DNA of 63,959 nt, filler included, from Octopus bimaculoides (lineage: Eukaryota), in NCBI RefSeq assembly GCF_001194135.2. It is 9 parts of 8 records of this genome, joined end to end, with 100 filler letters (N's around TTAATTAATTAA, not from the genome) between each part and the next. Parts side by side here need not be neighbours in the genome. Positions count along the whole stretch, not along the records: positions 1 to 11,718 come from NC_068982.1; positions 11,819 to 23,666 come from NC_069009.1; 7 more parts are not named here. The stretch is one strand, 5' to 3'. Below the pieces are notes generated by a model that saw only the letters and a list, made by a program, of their open reading frames with translations, was not told the origin of the DNA and searched no databases. A program made the position numbers and the translations under genes. Below, one piece after another: positions 1-12,749 of this stretch; the first letter of the stretch is position 1; each line of letters starts with the position of its first letter.

Positions 1-1016
1 GTATGTATGTGTGTGTTATCTCAGTAATAGTCATTACAAGGGAGATAATCATTTCAAAATATTTGGTGGGATTAAAGATTTGAATTTGAAGTTTAAAAAG
101 ACGCATAGAACTTTTTTTTTTTTTTTACTTATTACAAAGTTCTTGAAACTTCTAGTAAACACTTATCTACAGCATTGTTTAATTCTTTTTAGAAATCTTC
201 AACATTATATAACCTGGAATTTATGAATTAGTCATTATTTTACAAAGAAACCTGTACTTTTGTTTTCTGATTGTTTGAAAGTTAATTAGAAGATAGCCAA
301 AAATTAACCTATTTGTGAACACATTTTTAATGAAATGCAATTGACTATGGTCTTAATTTAAATAAAATAACTTTCTCCTTATTAAGCTACTGTTTGAAAC
401 AAAAATGTTTGTCAAAAAACTATGATGAACTGTTTTAATTTAAATATAAATATTTTAAAACATGTATTTTTGTATCATAAAATCAGTGACAGTCTTGGAC
501 ATAGTGGTACCAAATTATTCTAATTAATCAGACTGAAAAAAACAGCCACTAAATTTTACCTTTATATTTGTTTACTTGTCACTATCATTTGTCAATAAAT
601 GAACAAAACAGGTGAAACTAAATATGGATATTAATATCGAGTTACATCAAGGGAACCAAGAGTTGATACTATGGGGTGAATGTGGTTAGCATTACAAAGA
701 GAATTCAACCATAAAATTATCACAGAATCTGCATTTGTTCTGGAGCTAAAATTTCTCAGTGACAGCAGTGTTGGAAATACCATGAAAACTCATCAAGCTT
801 TAGATATCCTAACCCATATTGAGGAGTATATATGATGCAAGTATCAAAAGAATATTTGGAATAACAGAAGCCAAAATATGTTAGGTTAAATTGATAATTC
901 TGCAAAACCAGCTACCTTTGGGTACCATAAAACTTTGAATATGTTTTTTTTTTCTAAATATTAAAAGAATACAATTATATTAAAAATACTATTTATATTA
1001 AAAATTTGAGATTAGT

Positions 1017-1187
1017 TTAACCTTTTGGCATCTAAACCAGCCAGATCCGGCCAAAACGTTCTACTTGTTTTATTTTCAAACTGGCCTGATCCAGCCTCTC
1101 ACTTACCCTAAAATATCACATCATCAAAATCTCAAAGCTATGAGGAATGCATGACTAATTCAAATTAATGTAACTAATTAAGGTTAA
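1017..1187. mobile_element. Degenerate piggyBac-like MITE, same family as 61416-61641
   Basis: TTAA-CCTTTT...AAGG-TTAA ends. The interior (accagccagatccggccaaaa...catcatcaaaatctcaaag) aligns with the 61.4 kb copy. Confidence 0.45.
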
Positions 1188-1998
1188 ATTTAATTTTTCT
1201 TACATGAATATATTTCATTATCATTAGAATATATATCATACTTGTTGGCATAAAAGATGCATGGGTATATTAGATGTACCCCAATACCAATAGCACATTA
1301 AAGCTTATAGGAGATCCAACATTGCATATAAACCCAGGGTGATTTTTTTTTTTTTATATGCATCACATACAATAGACTATGGCAAAAGTTAAACAAAGGC
1401 TTCTGATAATTTAACCTATTCTGACACTGTGTACTTTTGTCAAAATAAATTCTTTGTTACTCCTTATTTTAAGGGCTGTGTTGCTATGTACTTCACCATT
1501 TCATTGCCAAATTTCAACGTAAATGTATTGACTTCTTTCCATTTAATTTTGAAAATGATGAGTTTAGTAAAATAACTGTCATTATTAAGCTGATGTTTGG
1601 AACATTAACTTGGAGTTTTGATAGAAAGGTTTTATTCTGATCACTTCAAAATAAGGAAGTTTTATATCATAGAACCAGGAGTAGTCCTAGATTGGTTGGA
1701 ATCAAAAGGATTAAAGTCATTCACATTATTTGAATCTATCTACTTAGTTAAAATTATTACTGCCCAATCTAGGGGTAAAACATGTTCAAAATGAAAAATT
1801 ATATAAATCCATTCAATCCCTACCAAAATGGAAGATCTGTAGATTATTATTATTATTATTAAACGAGTTTATCAGCAACTCAAATTATTCTAATTAAGCA
1901 CACAATAAATCAGAATCACATACAATACAATGTTGTAAAACAAGTTTAATACAATTAAACCAAAATCAGTTTTTACTCATTTCTGCAATCTCTCCCTA

Positions 1999-2990
1999 GG
2001 ATTTCGAGCTAAACAGAAACATTACCATATACATCAGCTGAATGAAACAAGGGTTCGGAGATTAAGTTATATGCATGATTAAACCTGCAATGTATGATTA
2101 TTGATTGGTTGAAAGCAAGAGCATATCGACAAAGTTAGTTTCATTGGAATTCCTTCACTTTCAATGATACCAGCTTTAATTGTGAGGAATAATTTTCTTT
2201 CTATCTTATTTTTTAGCAGAGGTGAATGGAGAAACTGATGGTGATCCATATGTTCTAAAAAGGAGGAACACCTCCAAAACTGTTGCCTCTATCATGAAAT
2301 CTATTTTAACTACTGAAATATATCTACTTCCTTTGCAAAGCCTCCTGACTTGGCTGGTTATATAAAACCCTTGGTTAGGTTTGATTTTCCATCTTTGTAG
2401 TTGACATTTTTATGACATTCAGCAACTGAATGAAGGACTTGTCAAACTGGCTCTGAAAAATTACACAAGGTAAACACACACACACACACATTACAGATAG
2501 GATTCAGCCAGCATCATTTCAGCCTATGACTAAGCAAGTAGTACTAACCTGTTAATGTGTGCTTAACAGATGGAGAGCCAAAAATAAATCAGGAAAAGAA
2601 AAAAAAGCTACAGAAAATGTATGGATCAATGTTAGTGACAAAACTGTGCAAGGTGGTTCAGAAATAATAGACAGTATTAAAGTCTGTGTAATAAAAATAA
2701 TGACAATGATAATTTCTTTCGTCTGCCACAAGGTCATTGGATGAAGGAGACATTACAAAAACTAGCTACGTAGTATGAAGGTTTATACATAGTGTAGAGG
2801 TTTATACAAAAACTGAAGGAGATTAAAAAGTAAACAAAGTTTATGAATAAGAGAATATACATTCCTCTTGATACAGAAAAACTTCCAAGGGCAACAAAGG
2901 GATCAACTGACCTAAGATCTTGCTGATCACCAAGGGTAAATGCCCATTCCCAAGTAGATCCATTCATTCTTAACATTTTCACCACTATCA
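1999..2990 (+). mobile_element. Ancient, heavily decayed RTE-clade LINE reverse-transcriptase region
   Basis: Broken frames give ordered RTE-like motifs: GFRAKQKHYHIHQLNE (GFR..DHIHTL), FVVDIF (FADDI), QQLNEGLVKLALKN (L..VGLKIN), KVCVIKIMT, WMKETLQKLAT, IREYT. Many stops and frameshifts. Confidence 0.4.
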
Positions 2991-4114
2991 TCTACCTTTT
3001 TAGAAATTCACTGGTAAAGAGTACTTTTCTCTCCACCCTCTCCTTACCAGGTGGAACTTGAAAATGTCAATGCGGATTTTCCTGGAGTAGAAAATTGTGC
3101 TCTCTGACCTACAGGCACAATCTGAGAATGGAGAGAACCACAAGCCCCTTAAACTAGTTATTTGATGTAATATAATTGATTTAACAAATGAAAGTCAGTT
3201 GATGGACAGTTTAAATGCTTAAGTAGCCAAAAATACAAATAGATTTTAATCTAAAATACATTTACATTTGTGAAAATGGTTTACTAATAGTCAAAACCCA
3301 GCTAGATGCCATCCATTAAAGACAATAGTTTCTATCTTGAAGATGAAGAAATGCCCTTGATGCGTAACCTATTTTCTTTCCCATCACTTCAAGATTCCAT
3401 ATCCTCTTTTTCCAAACTGATGCCTCTGAGTCCATTTAGCTCTAAATCTGAAGTTACTAACCACTAACCTATGTTGGGTTGTAAATTTTTCGTCATGCAA
3501 AGACATAACATTCATAACAATTACTTTTTTATTGCCATCTTGTTAAATTGCTAAGAGTGATTAAGTACACATCAAAATATGCTAAGTTGCTGCTGAAGAA
3601 TTCATTTACGAAAATTTGCCAAAGCTAACTTATCCAATTTACTACGTATTCTAGAAAATTGATTCTGGGGAGTAGGTTTTGTTAATGCAACAAGAAAAAT
3701 CAACTTAATAGATTTACCAATGTTTTAGAAAGCTTAACCAATTTAGTACACTGAGATGGATAATATAGCAAAAATTAATAGCAAGTTGCAATAAGAATGA
3801 GATGGATGGATGTGTGGTTATGATATTAAACTAATCACTCGATGTCGAGAGTTCAAATTCATTGCAGTTGATTCATTGAATTTCTGAATAGAACACTTTA
3901 TTCTACATTCTCAGGAGATCTTCCTGAAACGTGGGCCACATGAGACATGGACTATCATCAGGCAGGAAGCACCACTAAAAAAAATTGAAGGTAATTTTTT
4001 GTTAGATAAGTCATTCAGAAAGTCCCATGGGCTGCTGGTTGCCCATCACCACTCTAAATTCATCAACTGCCAGGGATAGACACCAAAACATCTGGGAAAT
4101 TTTTTTTTTTTTTT

Positions 4115-4312
4115 TTAGCACACCAGACAAAATGCTTAGTGGCAGTTCACCCATCTTAATGTTCTTAGTTCAAATTCTGACATGGTTGACTTTGCTTTTC
4201 ATTCTTTCAGAGTTAATAAAATAAGTACCAGTTCAGCACTGGGATTGATGTAACTGACTAGCCCCCTCCTCCAAAATTTCAGACCTTATACCCATAATAG
4301 AAAGGAATATTA
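4115..4312 (+). mobile_element. Degenerate SINE family B (tRNA-like head, Meta-like body, tail type 2)
   Basis: aaatgcttag...gttcaaattc...gttgactttgcttttcattc...ataagtaccagt aligns with 43276-43497. Confidence 0.65.
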
Positions 4313-5049
4313 CCTTTGTTATAAAGGGTATCAATACAGTAACTTGACCTGCTAAGATTAGTAGGCAAACCTCCTCAAAATCACATTACAGTGTGAGTCA
4401 TCGATACAGAATACCTGATGAAAAATTAAGAGACAGGTTGATCATTGTTGGAACACCTTCCATCATAGATTGCTGCTGAAAAATTCATCAACTGAAATTT
4501 GCCATCAATTTACTATTTATTTTTTAAAAATTGATTTTGAGAGATAGGTTTTGTTAACATAAGAAAACATCTACTAAAAAAAAAAATTAAATCAATAATA
4601 GATTTTTACCTATGATTTAGAGAACTTAACCAAATTTATTGGGTTAAGCAACAGCCATAAGATGGTTGATAAAGCGAAAATAAATAACAAATCCAATGGA
4701 TCCTAGGGCTAAGCAAACACAACAACAACAATAAATAAATAATATTTAAATTTTACAAGGGAAGATTTAACATTCATCTACTTAATGCAATGAAACTAAA
4801 ACTAAACAGGTCCTTAATTAACAGCCTCCTTCAAGGTTTTAGGAGGCATTTAAATTACAAGTGAGATAATATTGTCAACCTGAAGAATATAAATCAGATG
4901 ACTGTTGTTATATAACTAAATGAATAATAATGTTTTTTTCATCTTTTCAGTAATATATTTTCACCGCTAAAGTACTTCATAATATATGAATGAAATATCT
5001 GAGCTACAAGAAAAACAAAGTAAACGAAAATCAACACTGAATGAGAATT

Positions 5050-6270
5050 ATCAAATCAATACAATTATGCTGAGAAAGGAACAGGAGAGAATACAATATT
5101 TTGGAGAGTGGTCCTTTATCAGGAACAGAAGGGAGAGAATGAGGGGAATGGGAGGAGAGACTGTTGATTTCAGTAAGGCAGCATGGTGAATAACAGAATG
5201 GAAGTGAATACAATAGAAGTGTGTAGAATGGTTGTTTATAGCCAAAAGAGCAAGAGCTAGGGGAGATAAGTGACATGAGAATAGGAAAGTGTAGGAAGTG
5301 AATATGTTGTGTGAGTGTGTGTAGGGAACTATGTATAAGCATGTGTGTGTGTTCCGAGGAATAAATGTAGAGTGCTGTAGTTTAGGTGTAACCAATGGGT
5401 ATGGCAGTGTGGGAGGAAGTGGACAGCACAAGGTTATCAGTATAGGGGTGTGTTTTGGGGAGGAAAGCAGTGTTTTCATAGATAATTTGAATTTACATCC
5501 TAGTTAGATAAGCTGTGTTTAAGCACAATATTAAATGTTGCTCAAGATATAGACAGGGACAAATCTGTGATGTTGTACAATGTTATGTGGAGCTTGGTGC
5601 AGTTCTCTGGATTGCCAGCTCCGTCAAATCCATACTAGCAAAGAAGACAGCATCATGATGATGAGATGCAAGTTGGGGTGTGACCTGGAGAAATTAAATG
5701 ATGGGTCACAAGCCTGAAAGATCCACTGTAGTATTGGACATCTAAAAAACTGTTCTCTGAAACGGTCAGCAAGTTGCTGACCAGTTTATGAGTCAGAACT
5801 GGCATTTTATGTGAGGGATGATCTAGGAAGTACAAATGAAATATTTGATAATACACAAAGATGAACTAGGTCTGTGATGGGTGGTGATGCTATGGACAAA
5901 GGGACAGTTTGTTGCAGATGAAGCAAACAAAAAATCCAGACTAGGTGAGAATGATGAAGGAACTGCGCCAGAAGGTGACGCAGAATGTGGTTCCATCTGA
6001 AGGTGAAAGAATTCGAGAAAGATGCTGGAAATAATAGTAGAGGCAGCTCTTTATGTTGGTGCACTGGAGAATTAGGTAGATGAATTGTAGGTGAGAGGAA
6101 AGAGGTAGTTGGTGATGAAGCGGAGGTATGATAAATAGTGTGGACAGCATCAGCAATTGGTTGGGAGTAAACCTGTTATAGGAAATGATATGGCTAAGCA
6201 TCAAAGTCAGTCTCAGCTACAGAGACCAAAGAATTGTGAGCTGAGGATAGGAGAGTGATGCGAGTGTGGT
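5050..6270 (-). mobile_element. Decayed Penelope-like element (RT toward GIY-YIG region)
   Basis: Minus-strand peptide pieces in PLE order: IHLPNSP, IIPH (SLYTNIPH), SENSFLDV, HLISPGHTPTC (YL..S.HP..C), TLPYPLVTPKLQ, YCILSCS. Multiple stops. Confidence 0.45.
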
Positions 6271-6327
6271 GGAATGAGGCAAAACTGTGGTAAGAATGAG
6301 AGTCAGTGGGTTTGTAAAAGATGGAAC

Positions 6328-6505
6328 ATCATTGTCATTTCGCATTCATTTTTCATGCTGGCATGAGTTGGACGGCTTGACAGGAGCTGGCAAAGCTAAG
6401 AGCTGCATCGGGTTCCATAGTCTGTTTTCGCTTGGTTTCTACAGCTGGATGCCCTTCCTAATGCCTACAACTTTAGAGTGCACTGGATGCTTTTTATGTG
6501 GCACC
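6328..6505 (-). mobile_element. SINE family D 3' part
   Basis: catgctggcatgagttggacgg...tttctacagctggatgcccttcctaatgcc is the reverse complement of 21630-21750. Confidence 0.7.
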
Positions 6506-6802
6506 ATCACCAATGCTTTTTAGAAATGTGCATGAAGTTAACAGAGGTTGTAACTTATTGCACGTTGGATAAACTGGTTGACAACTGGCTGAACATCTTA
6601 AAGAAAACTTGTTGCACATCCAATGCAACATTATTAGCTGAGGTCTATAGCAGCTCACTTCAATTCTCTGGACCACACATAAATTCATTTCACCACCATC
6701 TGCAGTAATATACAATACCACAGACTGCCAATATCTCATTTAGCATCATGAACAACAGTTAATTTTCTGGTTAAAGACACCTTACCCAGTTTGGATAAAT
6801 AA

Positions 6803-6920
6803 CTGGCACTCCGTCAGTTATGACAAGTGTTCCAGCTGATCCAATCGATGGAACAAACTGCTTGTGAAATTAACATGCAAGAGGCTGAATATTCCACAAA
6901 CATGCATAAATATTAATGTA
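6803..6920 (-). mobile_element. SINE family C 3' part
   Basis: Reverse complement of 55480-55592 (gtggagtgctcagcc...gacggagtgcc). Confidence 0.7.
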
Positions 6921-7199
6921 GTATACAGATATGGAAGTAATTTATTGTCGAACGCAGAATAATGCCGAACAGCGTTTATAGGATAGATAATTCTTATATT
7001 GCAGAAAAATTTGTCAGTGGCCAACTATGAGACTCGAACTCACATCTCTGTGATTACTGGTCAAGTGTTTTACTATTAAGCTAAACTTAACATTAATGTA
7101 GTGCAACTCATTTTTGCCAGCTGAGTGGATTTGAGCAATAATAATAATAATAATAATAATGGATTAATAACCTTTCTCTAAAAAGGGGGGGGGGAACCC

Positions 7200-7450
7200 C
7201 ATAACCTCACATGTCAAATGCCCTTATGTGCCTTCTCCATACATGGCCATCTATTACATACGTATCATTATGCTGTTTACTCCACCCAAACAGTAGCGCT
7301 TTACATCCACACCTAGTCCAGAAACCACACACATCATACATAAGCTGATGCATTTCTTTACATCTTCCTCTGGTCATCTTGCTTTTGTTCACAACCAACA
7401 CATGCATGACAAGAAATGTCATGAAGCTCAAACATGCTTTCATGGTGGAC
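7200..7450 (-). mobile_element. Possible RTE-type LINE C-terminal fragment
   Basis: ORF 7207-7443 contains MYDVCG and DGHVWRR, resembling RTE WMCGV...WYGHV.RR. Confidence 0.3.
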
Positions 7451-7554
7451 TACAAACAACCAACAAATTTGAATAAATAGGTGGGGGGGTTACTTATAAC
7501 CAGCATGCATGTGTCAAGATGAGGGAGAATAAAAATTCAGTCTCACACACGCAC

Positions 7555-7722
7555 ACTATGGGCTTTTCCTTGTTTCTAACTACAAATTTCAATTACTAGA
7601 CATTCGTTAACTTGTAGCTATAGTAGAGGACACCAGCTGACAGTATCCATGCAGTGGGACTGAACCCCTAATTAAATGGTTCTGAAGCAAGCTTCTTAAC
7701 TGCACAACCATACCTGTACCTA
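7555..7722 (-). mobile_element. SINE family A 5' half, degenerate
   Basis: ctatagtagaggacac...gcagtgggactgaacc...gcaagcttcttaac matches the family A head in reverse. Confidence 0.65.
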
Positions 7723-8504
7723 TGATATTCTTTTGTTTCTTTTTCTTCTATTTGTTTCAGTCATTTCACTGTGGCCATATATANNNNNNNNNNGGTAAAC
7801 GATAAGAGACCAAATTTCCTAGCATGATAAAAAAAAAATCAGAATTGTGGATTTTTTTTTTTTTTTCTATCTAGCTTTATTAACAGCAATGCAAAAACAC
7901 TACATCTTTCTAATGTTCTTTTACTAATTATGGTAGATGCTAGTTGCACATTGTTGAACCTGGAATTAAATGTTAGTCATAAATATATTGTTTTCCTTAA
8001 CTGCTGCCAACCACCTTTAAAATAAGATCAAATTGCTAACTATTGTTTCTTTGCACTGAAACTTCAGACGGAATAGTTTTTTGTTTTTTTTTGCTGGGTT
8101 TGCTTTATATTTTTATTTTATTCACAAATAGTTTATTTTGTATCTTCCACGATAAAAGATAAATTTGCTCTCGTTTTATAAGCCATTAAATTTATAATGC
8201 TTGTGAGACACATCGGCTAAATTGAACAATTTTCTAATTTCTTACCAAAGTCAACAGGAAAAATAGTCTCAAAAAACATCTTCCGCTCAAATAAATTCAT
8301 TAATTTGAATGGAGAGACTCAAAGAAACTGAAACTGCCAGAGTAGAAATATGAGACAACTTATCATGGCTGGTCTCTTGGAAATTGAAATAGCAAGATTA
8401 CAGCAAATGCTATTAAAGGAATGACAATTCTTAACATTATCTACAAGACATCAAATAATATTGTGGAAGCTTTGGAAGCCGTGTAGGAACCTAAAGCCTT
8501 AATT

Positions 8505-8777
8505 CAGGGGTTTTCAAACTTTTTGACTTGCGGACCCCTTTATATTTCAGGCTTTACTTTAGGGACCCCCTTATAAATGCTTATGAAATTTATACATAAA
8601 TATTTGCTTAAAATAACATATTTTTACATTTATTTATTTAACAGTATTTAAGAAATAGGTTTATTGCCAATTAAAAGATTTTGATTAAAAAACATGTATA
8701 AAATCAAATTGCCCATAAAAAGTATTTGCTGTCCACGGACCCCCTGTGGTCCGCGAACCACAGTTTGAAAACCCCCA
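8505..8777. mobile_element. hAT-type MITE with 8-bp TSD
   Basis: TIR CAGGGGTTTTCAAACT / AGTTTGAAAACCCCCA, flanked by the direct repeat CCTTAATT (8497-8504, 8778-8785). A near-identical copy starts at 60388. Confidence 0.9.
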
Positions 8778-9974
8778 CCTTAATTAACCATTGAAGATAT
8801 ATTTTAGTAATTTTAAATTCAAATTTCATTCAGACTTAGGTAAATATATACCCTTGCTCTTGTACAATCACAGTAATATAAAGTTTAAGCAAAAATCCCT
8901 ATTTTTAACCTTTTGCCTCTCCTGTGTGATAAACAGGTCTTATTTTTACCCCTGGTATCCCTGAATCAAAAGTGATACATATTCCCAATTTTTTTCAACC
9001 AACAGAGTAACTTGGGTCATATGAAAAGAAGACTTTAATTACTCAGAAAGTATGAAACAAGGTCTAACTAAAAATCTGAAAACAAGCATAAGCATTTAGG
9101 ATAAACTTAATGAAAATGCTATGGACAGGCAAAGGGTTGGACAAAATTTGTGTAGGCAGTTCAGAATGCAACACTTTTATACAAATACCAAAGAGTGCTG
9201 ATGCCGAGTATAAATAATACCACTTTTTATTTGGGTCTTTTTATACATATCAACACAGCAGAAGAAACAATCCCACTTAATACTGACATTCCACCTTTAA
9301 ACTTATTTCAGTCTGTAGAATTTCAATGTAGAAGGAAACATCTTTTACTGATTCAAAATCTAATTCTCTATAACAAATTTAATTTGGATTAAATATTGTC
9401 ACTCTTCTTTAACAATCAATAATAAAAAAAAAAGGTTTTAAACTTGTTTATTAGTGAAATATTATGTTAGCATCATCACATCATACTTGCTTCTCAATAA
9501 ACTTCTACACTAAACGATGTTTTACTATTTCAGACTATACAGAACAATGCTTGCAAGAGTCAATGAATGTGAAAGATAGAAAAAAAACATCTACACCAAA
9601 AGCAAAATAGTCTTAGAAATTTAATAATGAAATCTTTCTGGAGAAACTAAAAAAAAAATTATATACTAAATATGTTGACACTAAATTAAAGACTGCATCA
9701 AATTTATCAACAAAACAAGGTGTAAAAGTAAAAATATAAGCTTCATTTGACATCCAGTAGCATTCACTTTGGTAAGAAAGACATCAACAAATATGGTGAG
9801 AGAGAGTACCAATACTATAACAGAAAATATCATTTATTAAACTACAATAAACATTGCTTTTGATTTTAAAATATTTTTCAATATTCGAATATTTTTAGAA
9901 ACACTTTATGAATTACACAACCGACTTAGAGATTTTATAGTGACATTAAATAAACAAGTCTAAATAATGACAAC

Positions 9975-10780
9975 GATTCTCTAGTATAGACGCAAAGTCA
10001 CAAATATAGGGAGAGAGATTATTGTTGCTTTAATTGGCCCCACAAAGATAAAGGGCACACTTCAATTTATTTGGTTCCGCACTACAATTTATATTATACT
10101 CTAATAATAATAATAATAATAATTTTGGTTTTATTGGCCACAAGGGCTAATATAAATTTAAAACATTTAAGGAGAAAGACAATAATCCTTTTAAATATAG
10201 GAACAAAGTCTGAAATTTGGGGGAGGGGGGATAGTCGATTACATTGACCACAATGCCAAATTGGTACTTAATCCACTGACCCCCGAAGGGATGAAAAGTA
10301 AAGTCAACCTTGGCGGCATTTGAACTCAGAAAGTATAGACGGGCGAAATGTTGCGAAGCATTTTGTCCGGCACGCTAACGATTCTTCTTGCACGAAGCCA
10401 ACAATTTTAGAAGGAAGGATTTGTTAATTACGACCACATTGCTCCAGAGATTCTTATTTTGTCGACCCACAATGAAATATGAACTCAAAATCTTAGTTGG
10501 GAGAAATGCTGCCTAACCAACAATATAATAATAATAATGAATAATTTCTCGTCTTGGTACAAGGATACAGCTATTGGATGAGGGAGTGTAATTAATTTAA
10601 TCGACCAAAATACATTACTGGTATTTACAATCCCCTGCTGTGTGAGGGAGTGAAATACAAAGTGAATCTCGGCGTTGAGGGAGGGGAAAATTGATTAAAA
10701 CAGATTTTTGCACTTAATTTTATCGACTCAGGAAGGATGAACGGCGAAGTCGACCCGAGCGGGTTTCGAACTCAGAATAT
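9975..10780 (-). mobile_element. Head-to-tail cluster of 3-4 SINE family B copies separated by (TAA)n
   Basis: Repeated ...cgaccccgaagggatgaaa...aagtcgacc...tttgaactcagaa blocks near 10250-10390, 10430-10510 and 10600-10780. (TAA)n at about 10082-10102 and 10527-10541. Confidence 0.7.
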
Positions 10781-11219
10781 AAGCTATCGATAATGACGTT
10801 TCTGAACGAATTAGAAAACCGCGAAGAAAAGAAAAAAAAACATGGAATGAATTTCAATGAATGAAGAAAAAGATTAACTCTCGAGAAAATTTTTGAAAGA
10901 CCTATTTTGTAATTCTCTGGGAAATACCATCAAGTAACGAAAAAGATAACATTAAATTAATAAATAAGAAATTAGGTCTCACTTTTAGAATTATTTTTCC
11001 AAATATCTATTATACATACACCCACACTTGTTTTTAGAATTAGTACTTGCTTTTAAAATAAAAACAATAAAAAGAAAGTTAAGCACCAACAGAAGCTTTT
11101 TCCATTTTTACTTTTTTTTAAATATAAAATTATGTATAAACTCTTCGCGAATCTCAAAATAGAATATTAATGAAATATATATATATAAAAAAAAAGATTT
11201 TATCAATTTTTTTTTTAAG

Positions 11220-11620
11220 GCAAACGTAGAAAGAGACAGAAACGAGAGAGTGAATGAAAGAAAAAGGGAGAGAGCGAACGAAAGAAAGAGAGAGTAGAGC
11301 AGGTGACTGAAATTTCTGTCACAATCACTGTCAACAACAGTTTTAACCTTGCTGAGAAAAATAAAAGTACAACAATTACACAAACAAACAAAAAGTTAGA
11401 AGAAAAAGAAAAAGAAAAAGAAACATAAAAATAAAAGAATTGATCAGTAAGCGAGCAACTGCGTTGAACTAAGCAGGAAGAGAAGAGCTGTGTGGAAAAT
11501 AGGTCACCAGTCTGAAAATTGGTAGTAGCGCAGAAAGCTGGTTCAATTCTGCTTGTTAAAAGCTGTAGTTAACTGTACAAGGCTGGTTTAGAAATGAAAA
11601 GGGCGGGAACTAATTTTTCA
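11220..11620. promoter_or_regulatory. Candidate promoter or 5' UTR region
   Basis: Non-repetitive, locally CpG-richer. GA-rich tract 11225-11300, GC box GGGCGGG near 11601, minus-strand pyrimidine run CTCTTCTCTTCC near 11476-11488, plus-strand donor-like TCA|GTAAGC near 11447. No transcript evidence. Confidence 0.2.
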
Positions 11621-11650
11621 TGTTTTGAAAGGAATATGTATGTGTGTATG

Positions 11651-11694
<44 letters not shown>

Positions 11695-11819
11695 TGCACA
11701 CACACACACACACATATANNNNNNNNNNNNNNNNNNNNNNNNNNNNNNNNNNNNNNNNNNNNTTAATTAATTAANNNNNNNNNNNNNNNNNNNNNNNNNN
11801 NNNNNNNNNNNNNNNNNNT

Positions 11820-11990
11820 TACTTGTTTCAGTCATTTGACTGTAGCCATGCTGGAGCACCACCTTAACGGGTTTCAGTTGAAGAAATTGAACCCAGGACT
11901 TATTCTATCGATCACTTGAGGTATGGGGACAACCAGCATTGGTTGTCAAGTGATTACAAAGGCACAAACACAGACACATACACACCTAAA
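11820..11990 (-). mobile_element. SINE family A 3' half
   Basis: tacttgtttcagtcatttgactgtagccatgctggagcacc is the reverse complement of the family A tail. Confidence 0.8.
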
Positions 11991-12002
11991 AGTATACATA
12001 CA

Positions 12003-12033
<31 letters not shown>

Positions 12034-12037
<4 letters not shown>

Positions 12038-12738
12038 TGTGATCACGTGACTGACCAGGCTATCAAATGTTGTTGCACATCTTTGGTCACAATGTGTTTA
12101 GCATTGTTTTAGCCTTTCAGTGATGTCACCCCAATGGCTAGGAGAGCAGGCCAACATTCCCCACCCNNNNNNNNNNNNNNNNNNNNNNNNNNNNNNNNNN
12201 NNNNNNNNNNNNNNNNNNNNNNNNNNNNNNNNNNNNNNNNNNNNNNNNNNNNNNNNNNNNNNNNNNNNNNNNNNNNNNNNNNNNNNNNNNNNNNNNNNNN
12301 NNNNNNNNNNNNNNNNNNNNNNNNNNNNNNNNNNNNNNNNNNNNNNNNNNNNNNNNNNNNNNNNNNNNNNNNNNNNNNNNNNNNNNNNNNNNNNNNNNNN
12401 NNNNNNNNNNNNNNNNNNNNNNNNNNNNNNNNNNNNNNNNNNNNNNNNNNNNNNNNNNNNNNNNNNNNNNNNNNNNNNNNNNNNNNNNNNNNNNNNNNNN
12501 NNNNNNNNNNNNNNNNNNNNNNNNNNNNNNNNNNNNNNNNNNNNNNNNNNNNNNNNNNNNNNNNNNNNNNNNNNNNNNNNNNNNCCCCACCCAACCCCCT
12601 TGATGGAAAGGGGGACTGGAGCAACATGAAATGAAATGTTTTATTCAACAACACAATGCACTGCCCAATCAGGGAATCAGATCCAAGGTCTAGCGATCGT
12701 GAGTGCAACAGCCTAACCACTGGACCACACACCTTCAC
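12034..12738 (-). mobile_element. SINE family E (tRNA-like head), spanning an N gap
   Basis: Minus-strand head gtgtgtggtccagtggttaggctgttgcactcacgatcgc (A-box-like), followed by catttcatgttgctccagt shared with 34525-34810. Joining across the gap is inferred. Confidence 0.55.
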
Positions 12739-12749
12739 ATGCCCTCTCT

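Noticed and set aside
610-900. Possible pogo/Tigger HTH remnant
   Set aside because: The similarity is too faint, with no TIR or diagnostic motif.
9534-9610. Possible plus-strand terminal exon (YTEQCLQESMNVKDRKKTSTPKAK*)
   Set aside because: Only an acceptor and a short frame, with no partner exon or recognisable homology.
11763-11774. TTAATTAATTAA islands in the middle of N runs (also near 23711, 32196, 35523, 42420, 58428, 60700, 62522)
   Set aside because: An identical 12-mer with stops in all six frames, always centred in a gap. It is an assembly spacer, not biology.
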